From the NCBI GenBank assembly GCA_964432185.1, contig CAYSNA010000002.1, positions 1 through 42,511 on the forward strand: a DNA stretch of 42,511 bases, written 5' to 3'. The stretch's first letter is position 1, and each line of letters begins with the position of its first letter. The notes beneath the pieces are model-generated. The model saw only the letters and a list, made by a program, of their open reading frames with translations. It was not told the DNA's origin and searched no databases. Of the stretch, positions 35,486 to 42,511 are shown piece by piece. The translations under genes were made by a program, and so were the position numbers. This stretch comes from an uncultured Cytophagia bacterium (lineage in GTDB: Bacteria > Zhuqueibacterota > Zhuqueibacteria > Residuimicrobiales > Krinioviventaceae).

Positions 35486-36790
35486 CACAAAACCGTTCGG
35501 AGCGACTGGATCGGATTCGAAATCAACGCCAACGCCGGTACCGTCACCTTCGTACAGCAATTGAACATCATCGACCCACACTTCAAAAGAGCCCGGTTCC
35601 GGCGCCCACAAACCAAATTTAATACCGACTGTCACCTCAACGGAGGTGCCGGCTTCGCCGGGAACGGTGAAATATGGGGCAGATTCTTGTTCGCTCAAGC
35701 AACGGACCTGTTCCCAGTAGCCCTGGAACTGTTCAAAATCCACCATGCTGCAGCCGGCATCCCAGGCTGAAATATCGAACATTTTGCTGCCGCCTGGATT
35801 AAAATCACTACCAGCCAGATCCGGTTCCTCGGTTGTGACATACATCTGGTACCACGGGCCCTGGCTGACCGGTTCAAAAGTGGAATAATAATCCGACACA
35901 AAAATGGCGCCGGAGGCACGGAAGGTATCACCGGCTGTCAACGGCAGGCGTTGGAAGAACAACAACTGGCCGCCGGCCTGTTCGTTCAGCCAGACGTGCA
36001 GCACATCGCCGCGCAGGTAGTTCGGGCTGCCTTCCGGAGCGGTAGTAAATTCGTATTCCGGTTGAGAATCCGCATTATACCAGTGGATGGTCCAGGCGTC
36101 TTCATCGCTCATGTCGCCGGCAACAACTTCGTTGGCCGATTCGACTTCGTAAAAGGAAACATCATCAACGATCAGGTCAAACCAGGCGCCGGTGATCGGG
36201 GAGCTGCCGAATTTAATACCAACGGTGACTTCAACCGTTTCACCTTCTGTCCCCGGGCATACCCAGTACGGCGCGGTCTCAATTTCGCTATTCATTTTCA
36301 CCGATTCCCAGAATCCATTCATATCTTCCCATGTGGCAATCATATCGCCATTCCAGGAGGACATGTTGAACATTTTGGTGCCGCCGGGATTAAAGTCACC
36401 GGCTTGCGGATCCGGTTCGTCAACAGCAACGTAGAACTGGAACCATTGGCCCAGTTGACCTTCGGGTGCGCCGTAATCCAGAACTTTGATCAATGCGGAC
36501 GCTTTGTATTCCATACCGGCCGTACACTCGACGCGTTGGTACAATAACAATTGACCGCCGGTTTCGCCATCTTCCAAAAAAACGCGCAACGCGCCGCCGC
36601 GATTGGGCGATACGTCGATAGTAGCATCCGTATAGTTAAACTGATATTCCGGCATAAAATTGGCGTTGTAATAGACAACTTCCCAGTCGTCTTCATTTTC
36701 CATGTTGCTGCCCACAATGAGGTTTTGGGCGAACAGTGGAAGCGCAACGAAAACAACAAGTATTGCAAGCAGTAATGCACGAATTTTCAT
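35234..36790 (-). CDS. T9SS-secreted protein with two tandem beta-sandwich (CBM-like) domains of about 195 aa
   Basis: 518 aa with signal peptide ...VALPLFA|QNL. The internal duplication is described in the repeat feature below. The C-terminus is QNYPNPFNPTTTISF.... AGGAGAG RBS. Confidence 0.75.
   Translation of the reverse strand: MKIRALLLAILVVFVALPLFAQNLIVGSNMENEDDWEVVYYNANFMPEYQFNYTDATIDVSPNRGGALRVFLEDGETGGQLLLYQRVECTAGMEYKASALIKVLDYGAPEGQLGQWFQFYVAVDEPDPQAGDFNPGGTKMFNMSSWNGDMIATWEDMNGFWESVKMNSEIETAPYWVCPGTEGETVEVTVGIKFGSSPITGAWFDLIVDDVSFYEVESANEVVAGDMSDEDAWTIHWYNADSQPEYEFTTAPEGSPNYLRGDVLHVWLNEQAGGQLLFFQRLPLTAGDTFRASGAIFVSDYYSTFEPVSQGPWYQMYVTTEEPDLAGSDFNPGGSKMFDISAWDAGCSMVDFEQFQGYWEQVRCLSEQESAPYFTVPGEAGTSVEVTVGIKFGLWAPEPGSFEVWVDDVQLLYEGDGTGVGVDFESDPVAPNGFVLQQNYPNPFNPTTTISFNLPETANTMLKVYNTLGAEVATLVNGQMQARTHHVTLNVNDLPSGIYYYTLQQNNFTATKKCVVLK
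35549..36724 (-). repeat. Tandem in-gene duplication (two copies of about 590 nt, encoding aa 23-216 and aa 220-414)
   Basis: The copies align by eye. Examples: EDDWEVVYYNANFMPEYQF / EDAWTIHWYNADSQPEYEF; GGQLLLYQRVECTAGMEY / GGQLLFFQRLPLTAGDTF; GDFNPGGTKMFNMSSW / SDFNPGGSKMFDISAW; ETVEVTVGIKFG / TSVEVTVGIKFG. Residual DNA identity is visible, for example AATTTAATACC at about 35620 and about 36210. Confidence 0.7.
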
Positions 36791-37354
36791 GTGTCTCTCC
36801 TTTTTTGTCGTTTTGCCGTGTGGCAGAAATTTTCTTTTCCCCCACGTCCAAGATTACAATAATATTAGCTGGCACTCACCTCCTTTTTCAAGATTAAACA
36901 TGAAATGGAAATAGTGAAATTTGGCTACATTTTAATGGGTATTGGAATTGTCCGACATGATTGCATACCTGATGGACACTCGTACGCGAGCCGGTATCGA
37001 TTAGAACCAAAGCACATTAAGGTACGGGAATAAAACGAATCGTCATAATGATGATGGACAATACGATTTTGGTTCTAAAAAGTGGGTTTGCCTCCTAAAT
37101 TACTCCATCTCTCGTTTTTATATTTATTCCCAGGTTGCGCTTTCAAAAATAATAATGATTTTGATAAATGCAAATACTTTTATGGCGCCAAGAATAAAAT
37201 ATAATGAATTCAAAACCGGGCTGGACGTTCGCACGCCTTCAATGTCAATGTCAGCACAATTGATAGCAGAACTCGCGATCACGACAACGCACGAATAATT
37301 TTCTCTACCGATCCAAAAACCAGGCAAAGCATAACGTGGACATAGATGTGGCAG

Positions 37355-37609
37355 CTATTCAAGTATCAATAGTTTGTGTCGAAGGAGAGTTTGCCCTGCA
37401 CGGAGCTCGTAAAAATAAAGTCCGCTGCTGACCGGCGAGCCGGTCATGTCGAGGCCGTGCCAAGCAATGGTATTTATCCCACCCGATGCGTCACGGTCCG
37501 TGTGCCAGACCTTTTGACCGCGGGCATTATAAATCAGCAGGCTGATTGGCTGCGGCGTTGGCAGAAAAAATGAAAGGACGGTCGAGCGGTTAAATGGATT
37601 TGGATAGTT
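37355..37609 (-). other. T9SS type-A C-terminal sorting-domain coding segment
   Basis: NYPNPFNRSTVLSFFLPTPQPISLLIYNARGQKVW...WHGLDMTGSPVSSGLYFYEL...KLLILE. Confidence 0.8.
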
Positions 37610-39553
37610 TTGAAAGAGCTTTATGTGTTGCGGAGATTTGTTTTGCGGATTGGCAACACTCGTTTGGTTGAGAGTTACGGATGCATGGATGGTTTGCCGT
37701 CCGTCCAGATCAATATCGAGCAAGCGGTAGTCGTAATCGGCGCCGGACTCGATGGTCGCATCAATAAACGAGTAGGTATGACCGGCTGTGGCTGAGCCGT
37801 ACGATCGCAACGCCGGATGAGCGGCAAACGAGGCCAACTCAACAAACGGCTGCTGCAGACTGGCACGTTGAATGACAAAACCGGCGGTATTGGTTTCCGT
37901 TTTTGTCGACCACTCCAGGTGAATGACGCTGTCCACCTTAACGGCGGAGAAAGAAACGAGTTCCACGGAGAGCGACGCATCGCATGGATTATAAATGTGC
38001 AACACCGCATCATCGGGAAACGGCGTGGTCTTTTTGTGAACGCGATCGCCAAAACAAACGGCATCTTCAAAGGTTTCGCCGGTTTCGGGATTCAGCCAGT
38101 GCGCATCAAAAACAAAATCAGGCGCATCGAGCGTAAAGTCGTAGGCGCCATCGTGCGGGAAATAAAACAGATACTCCTGTCCGCGTCTGGCGAGACAATA
38201 AACGCCATCTGATAACACCAGTCCCTGGTCCGGTTGCATGGTCGTATAATTGACGTTATTTCTCATATATTCGCCAAGAATACCCATATAATGCGCACCC
38301 GGCGAATAGAGATGATTCAGATCGAGTTTGTATTCCTTGCCGGTAAACGTATAAAGATTGCCAAACGTGAAATACGCGCCGGCACAAACGAGCGTCCACG
38401 CGTCTTTACGGGCATCCCGTGCCGATTGATTGCTTTTCTCATAAAGCGGATCGTTCGGGTCCGTCGGCCCTTCATAACCAAATTCATCATTGCAGACCGG
38501 CAGTCCAAGTGTGTAATCCTTTAAAATTTCGCCGTGCAGGTAGCGGGGACTCCCATAGTGCTGCTGCATGGTAAATGAGAGCCAGTCGGAAAAAAACGGA
38601 TAATCCTGGCTAGTGCTCTGCTGTCCCCCCGGGTGGATGGAAATCGGATGACCGTAGGGATCGCCAATATCGTAAATTCCGGAATCGGCATAATCGTTGC
38701 CAAAGGTAATGTGTTCGCCGTGGTAGTCATAATCGTGCGCGCTCATCGTTTCGGAATATTCGCCGGAAATGATCCAGAACACATTGTAGGCCCAGTAGCG
38801 CGCAACGATATAGCGGCGAAATCGCGAAAAAGTATCGCGATCATACGGAGGTTGATAAAAATCATCAAACGTATCGGCCCAGACGAACAAAATGCCCGGC
38901 ACGATGCCGCGCTCAACCATATACTGAACGCGTTTATCAACCCACGCAAAATACTCAGGGCGAAGTCGATTCAAATCCGTATCATTTTCCCACAAACTGC
39001 CGCCCTCATTGATGGACGGATCACCCAACGTATGAATGACGCCGATGATATAATTAAAGCCTTGCTCCGCACGCGCATCAACATAGGGTTTAAAATGCGT
39101 TTCAAACGGCACGTTTTTGCTGCGATAAAGTCGCCAGCACGTATCGCCGAGCCTCAAAAACGGCGTACCATCCTCATAATAAAAATGGCGGCCGGATTGA
39201 TAGACAAAACCGCGATTGTTTGAAGCGGTGCATTCGATCGTGCCGGATTTTTGATCCAGCAATGGATCCGTCGCATGCGTCGTGTAGTTCCAAAGTCCGG
39301 CGACGGGCAGGGCCACGCGAATGATCCATTCAGTGCCGCCGTTCCAAAATCCTTCAGCCTGAAAAAACTCGCCATTGGGGCCCGAAAAATCGGCCCAGAG
39401 ACGATAGGCCACATACGGATTGTCCGTGGGAATACAGGTCAGTTTTATATCATACGGTTCGTATTGCGGCACCCGGGGCAAAGCGTACACCAGATAAACC
39501 GGCAGAAAACACAACAGACAGAGTCGCGCCATATTTGCGAGAGAAAATGTCAT
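37355..39553 (-). CDS. T9SS-secreted putative glycoside hydrolase (DUF5060 N-domain plus DUF4038/GH140-like TIM barrel)
   Basis: 732 aa. FQAEGFWNGGTEWIIRVALPVAGLWNYTTHA is DUF5060-like. GRHFYYEDGTPFLRLGDTCWRLY...RAEQGFNYIIGVIH...YFAWVDKRVQYMVERGIVPGILFVWAD is DUF4038-like. The C-terminus is QNYPNPFNRSTVLSF.... Family names are from memory of the alignment patterns. Confidence 0.65.
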   Translation of the reverse strand: MTFSLANMARLCLLCFLPVYLVYALPRVPQYEPYDIKLTCIPTDNPYVAYRLWADFSGPNGEFFQAEGFWNGGTEWIIRVALPVAGLWNYTTHATDPLLDQKSGTIECTASNNRGFVYQSGRHFYYEDGTPFLRLGDTCWRLYRSKNVPFETHFKPYVDARAEQGFNYIIGVIHTLGDPSINEGGSLWENDTDLNRLRPEYFAWVDKRVQYMVERGIVPGILFVWADTFDDFYQPPYDRDTFSRFRRYIVARYWAYNVFWIISGEYSETMSAHDYDYHGEHITFGNDYADSGIYDIGDPYGHPISIHPGGQQSTSQDYPFFSDWLSFTMQQHYGSPRYLHGEILKDYTLGLPVCNDEFGYEGPTDPNDPLYEKSNQSARDARKDAWTLVCAGAYFTFGNLYTFTGKEYKLDLNHLYSPGAHYMGILGEYMRNNVNYTTMQPDQGLVLSDGVYCLARRGQEYLFYFPHDGAYDFTLDAPDFVFDAHWLNPETGETFEDAVCFGDRVHKKTTPFPDDAVLHIYNPCDASLSVELVSFSAVKVDSVIHLEWSTKTETNTAGFVIQRASLQQPFVELASFAAHPALRSYGSATAGHTYSFIDATIESGADYDYRLLDIDLDGRQTIHASVTLNQTSVANPQNKSPQHIKLFQNYPNPFNRSTVLSFFLPTPQPISLLIYNARGQKVWHTDRDASGGINTIAWHGLDMTGSPVSSGLYFYELRAGQTLLRHKLLILE

Positions 39554-39611
39554 ACACCGATACGTTTGTGAATGGATTGAAGGTGGGATTTCTTTGGCTG
39601 CCGCACTTTTG

Positions 39612-39644
39612 CAAATATATACAGCTAATCAGCAAAAATGCAAA
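39612..39644 (-). promoter_or_regulatory. Candidate Bacteroidota-type promoter (-33 TTTG, 21-nt spacer, -7 TATATTTG) for the GH140-like cargo gene
   Basis: The minus strand reads TTTG-catttttgctgattagctgta-TATATTTG. The -7 box (plus coordinates 39612-39619) is about 60 nt upstream of the ATG at 39553. This is a motif match only. Confidence 0.4.
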
Positions 39645-39666
39645 CGGGAGCGCCGAGAAAAATTTT

Positions 39667-40149
39667 TCAATCGATATGAAATGTGGACAGCGCCTGTTCA
39701 TCAAGTCGGTAGACGGTCCAGCCGTCCACCGGCCGGGCGCCAAGCGCCCTATAAAATTGAATGGAGGGTGTATTCCAGTCCAGCACCGACCACTCGATGC
39801 GGCCGCAGTTCCGTTCTTTGGCGATAGCCACCAGCTCGCGGAAAAACTGTTTGCCAATGCCGTTGCCGCGATACTCGGGCAGCACAAACAGGTCTTCGAG
39901 ATAAAGAGAGGGTTTGGCCAAAAAGGTCGAAAAGGTAAAAAAGTACAGGGCCAGGCCGAAGGGTGTGCCGTCCGCCGCTTCAGCCAGCAGCGCCTCAAAA
40001 TAACGAAACTCCGCAAAACCATACAACAGGATGCGTTCTCTGGTCGCGTTTACCTGATCTTCAAGCTTTTCATACTCGGCGAGTTGATTGATAAAAAAGA
40101 GTATCGTGTCCACATCGTGCTGAGTGGCCGGGCGAATAGTAAAATCCAT
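39667..40149 (-). CDS. GNAT family N-acetyltransferase (diamine/spermidine acetyltransferase-like)
   Basis: 160 aa. LEDLFVLPEYRGNGIGKQFFRELVAIAKERNCGRIEWSVLDWNTPSIQFYRALGA is a canonical GNAT core. Confidence 0.85.
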   Translation of the reverse strand: MDFTIRPATQHDVDTILFFINQLAEYEKLEDQVNATRERILLYGFAEFRYFEALLAEAADGTPFGLALYFFTFSTFLAKPSLYLEDLFVLPEYRGNGIGKQFFRELVAIAKERNCGRIEWSVLDWNTPSIQFYRALGARPVDGWTVYRLDEQALSTFHID

Positions 40150-40227
40150 TTTAAACCTTTTCTCTTGTAATTCTCGTATGACATCGACAAAAATGGATGC
40201 TGTGCATGTTTGCCGTTGTGTTGAACA

Positions 40228-41169
40228 TCATGCGTGCGAGCCGATATGAATGAGCGCGTCCCCTTTATTCACCACGCACATATTGTTAAGGCCGATGATG
40301 TAACCGGATTGACGGGCTTTGATGGTGTACTCAAAATCGCCGAAAGGATCGGTGATATGGCCGAGTATCTGGTTTTTACGAATCGACTGCCCGGGTTCGA
40401 TATGGGATCGAAAGAGTCCGGAGTGGGGCGCGCGATTCCACCAACTGTTTTTGAGAAAAATCGGATCGTTGGAGTGCGGCCCGTTTTTTTTCATACCGAG
40501 ATATTTCATCAAGCGTAAAATGCCGCGAATGCCTTCCTGAATGACCATGTCGTCAAACCGCAGCGATTCGCCGCCTTCAAAAGTGAGTACACTTTTCCCC
40601 TTGCTGGTGGCTGATTTTCGAAAGGAATGATCCGGCGGTTTGGACGCCACAATGAACGGCGGAGAAAATGCCTGCGCGTATTCAAAGGACTTTAAAACGC
40701 CGACCTCGCAGCGGATATGCGGAAAATTCATTTTGCTGGCGCCGCCGGTATGAAAATCGACGCCGCAGTCGATGTGCGGCAAAATTTCGGTCTCCAGCAA
40801 ATAGGCGAGATATTTGGCGAGCGATCCGGTTTTGTTGCCGGGAAAACTTCGATTCATGTCCTTGTTATCGGGAAAATTGCGCGAATTATGGATGAACGCG
40901 TAAATATTGACAATGGGGATGGCGATGACTGTTCCGGCGATCGGCCGGATCGAGTCATCTTCAATCATGCGACGAATTACTTCGATGCCATTGATTTCAT
41001 CGCCGTGCAGGCCGGCGGACAACAGCAGCGTAGGCCCCTCTTTTTCCGCGGCATACACGTAAACGGGCAAATCGATCATCGTGTGCGTCGGCAGTTTGGC
41101 AATATTGAGGGCGATTTGTTTTGTATCGCCGCGCCGAATCTGCTCACCGTTGATGCAAATCGATTCCAC
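40228..41169 (-). CDS. Succinylglutamate desuccinylase/aspartoacylase (AstE/AspA) family zinc hydrolase
   Basis: 313 aa. LLLSAGLHGDEINGIEVIRRM is the HxxE zinc motif, and VDFHTGG follows later. The GTG start is 2 nt after the rimK stop. Confidence 0.8.
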   Translation of the reverse strand: MESICINGEQIRRGDTKQIALNIAKLPTHTMIDLPVYVYAAEKEGPTLLLSAGLHGDEINGIEVIRRMIEDDSIRPIAGTVIAIPIVNIYAFIHNSRNFPDNKDMNRSFPGNKTGSLAKYLAYLLETEILPHIDCGVDFHTGGASKMNFPHIRCEVGVLKSFEYAQAFSPPFIVASKPPDHSFRKSATSKGKSVLTFEGGESLRFDDMVIQEGIRGILRLMKYLGMKKNGPHSNDPIFLKNSWWNRAPHSGLFRSHIEPGQSIRKNQILGHITDPFGDFEYTIKARQSGYIIGLNNMCVVNKGDALIHIGSHA

Positions 41170-41171
41170 CG

Positions 41172-42080
41172 TCAGCCTCTCACCTTGTCCTTGATCTTGT
41201 TTTTGTTATGCGCGTTTTTTTCGACAAATTCGATAATTTTCCCGGCAACGTCCACGCCGGAAATGGTTTCAACGCCTTCCAATCCAGGCGACGAATTCAC
41301 TTCCATTATCACCGGTCCGTGGTTCGAGCGCAGAATATCAACGCCCGCCACATTCAATCCCATGGTTTTCGCCGCGCGTATGGCAATAGCGCGCTCTTCG
41401 GAGCTGAGTTTTACTTTTTCGCCCTTGCCGCCCTGATGCAGGTTGGAGCGGAACTCGCCTTCGGCGCTCTTGCGTTTTATCGCCGCAATGACGCGCGCCC
41501 CGACGACAAAACAACGGATATCTTCTCCCTTGGCTTCTTTGATAAATTCCTGCACCAAAATATTGGCATCCAGACCGCGGAACGCCTGGATGACCGACGT
41601 CGCCGCCTTTTTGGTTTCGGCCAAAACAACGCCGATGCCCTGCGTGCCCTCGAGCAATTTGACGATCAACGGCGCCCCGCCGACAAGATTGATCAGGCCG
41701 TCGATATCCTGGGTGTAATGCGCAAAACCGGTCACTGGCAAGCCGATGCCGGCGCGGGCCAGCAGTTGCAGACTGCGCAGTTTATCGCGCGAGCGAGTGA
41801 TGGCCTGTGATTCATTGGTCGGGAAAACGCCCATCATTTCAAACTGCCGCACCACGGCTGTGCCGTAAAATGTTCGCGATGCCCCGATACGTGGGATGAC
41901 GGCGTGGTAATTTTCCAACTGCTGACCTTTGTAATAGACTTTGGGATGCCGCGAGGTGATGTCCATGTAGCAGCGCAGGTAATCAACAAGGTGCATGTCG
42001 TGGCCGCGCTCTTCTCCGGCCTGCAAAAGTCGTCGTGTGGAGTAGAGCTTACCGTTTCGAGACAATACGGCAATTTTCAC
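41172..42080 (-). CDS. rimK: RimK: ribosomal protein S6 L-glutamate ligase (ATP-grasp)
   Basis: From the GTG at 42080 (GAGGA 7 nt upstream) the protein reads (M)[18 protein letters not shown]...[21 protein letters not shown]...[21 protein letters not shown]...[22 protein letters not shown]...FRSNLHQGG...[26 protein letters not shown]. It is near-colinear with E. coli RimK as I remember it. Confidence 0.92.
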   Translation of the reverse strand: MKIAVLSRNGKLYSTRRLLQAGEERGHDMHLVDYLRCYMDITSRHPKVYYKGQQLENYHAVIPRIGASRTFYGTAVVRQFEMMGVFPTNESQAITRSRDKLRSLQLLARAGIGLPVTGFAHYTQDIDGLINLVGGAPLIVKLLEGTQGIGVVLAETKKAATSVIQAFRGLDANILVQEFIKEAKGEDIRCFVVGARVIAAIKRKSAEGEFRSNLHQGGKGEKVKLSSEERAIAIRAAKTMGLNVAGVDILRSNHGPVIMEVNSSPGLEGVETISGVDVAGKIIEFVEKNAHNKNKIKDKVRG

Positions 42081-42096
42081 GTTGTGGTCCTCACTA

Positions 42097-42511
42097 TTAA
42101 GATAAATGGTGCTGTTTGTGGTGAAAGGAGAGATGTTCTTCGGATACATCCACCACAAAACGACGGCGCAACAATTTTCGACCCAGCAAAACGGGAAAGC
42201 GCATATCCGAGCGGTCAGTCAAGGACAATTCAACGGGAATACGGCGGCCAAACAGTACGATATGTGTTTTGATGAACGACCGTTCCTGAGTCTCACCGGA
42301 AGAACTTTTGACGATTTTGGTTTTGTGCAACGGCAAAATATAATCCTTTTCGTCATATTCCGGATGTGACGGATCGAGGAGATTAAAATGCACCAGGCGA
42401 TCACCATCGTTATTCAAAATAGAAATGTTATGGCAATGGATCGAACTGGTGTATGCTCCTGTGTCTATCTTGACGTCGATATCGAACAAATCAAGATCAG
42501 GAAAATCCGCC
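42097..42511 (-). CDS. Retropepsin-like 'ATP-dependent zinc protease' family protein (DUF785/RimB-like); N-terminus runs off the right window edge
   Basis: The frame stays open to the window end (..[26 protein letters not shown]...). The KIDTGA aspartic-protease-like motif is present. It lies immediately upstream of rimK, as is usual for this family. Confidence 0.78.
   Translation of the reverse strand, partial: ADFPDLDLFDIDVKIDTGAYTSSIHCHNISILNNDGDRLVHFNLLDPSHPEYDEKDYILPLHKTKIVKSSSGETQERSFIKTHIVLFGRRIPVELSLTDRSDMRFPVLLGRKLLRRRFVVDVSEEHLSFHHKQHHLS

Noticed and set aside
37124-37327. A 67-aa ORF in the spacer between the two cargo genes.
   Set aside because: It has no RBS and a low-complexity AT-driven composition (IIIIFES..., KVFAFIKI). 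It lies in an AT-rich intergenic stretch and is probably not coding.
39450-40170. A 190-aa minus-strand ORF (39450-40022) and a 211-aa plus-strand ORF (39535-40170) overlapping the GNAT gene and its flanks.
   Set aside because: The 160-aa frame (39667-40149) has an unmistakable GNAT core. The alternatives are Cys/Arg/Pro-rich with no motifs, and they span a promoter-like intergenic region.
1-42511. A search of all intergenic gaps for tRNA/tmRNA-like T-arms, rRNA, CRISPR repeats, IS inverted repeats, integrase or transposase ORFs and toxin-antitoxin pairs.
   Set aside because: I found none by eye. The gaps at 2661-2867, 5166-5384, 9208-9430, 16655-16857, 29037-29725 and 36791-37354 contain only hairpins and promoter-like motifs. 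A covariance-model scan would be needed to exclude small RNAs definitively.

Overview
This 42.5-kb window is a gene-dense chromosomal segment with about 33 CDS. I found no rRNA, tRNA, CRISPR array, transposase or integrase. All calls come from reading the supplied translations and the DNA by eye; no database search was run.

The central 20 kb (9431-29036) lies entirely on the minus strand and is a type IX secretion (T9SS) outer-membrane module. In transcription order it encodes:
- the SprA translocon (2081 aa)
- an M28-fold glutaminyl-cyclase-like protein
- prmA
- a small exported protein
- a 1080-aa repeat-rich cargo protein
- a 1596-aa C25 (gingipain-family) PorU-like sortase
- a PorV/PorQ-family barrel
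- a possible 61-aa membrane ORF
- an unassigned beta-barrel with a charged coiled-coil tail

Two more cargo genes with NYPNPFN-type C-terminal sorting domains lie at 35234-36790 and 37355-39553. These hallmarks, plus two TAnnTTTG-type promoter matches, suggest an FCB-group (Bacteroidota-related) organism. That placement is inference only.

Flanking genes on the left: nnr (partial), acpS, an ECF sigma factor, an overlapping GNAT/DUF1848 pair, DUF456, trxA, manC, a coupled small-ORF/ptsN/zinc-ribbon trio, and a serine-palmitoyltransferase-like alpha-oxoamine synthase.

Flanking genes on the right: lptF and lptG, a TonB-N-terminus/BlaI-like chimera, a Tat-signal aldo-keto reductase, pirin, and a GNAT plus AstE-like/rimK/retropepsin-like protease module. 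The protease ORF runs off the right edge.

The most noteworthy observations are:
- the compact T9SS module with two uncharacterised ORFs downstream of porV
- Gln at the predicted +1 position of most signal peptides, next to a cyclase gene
- the TonB-like/winged-helix chimera
- several tightly coupled gene pairs of unknown function
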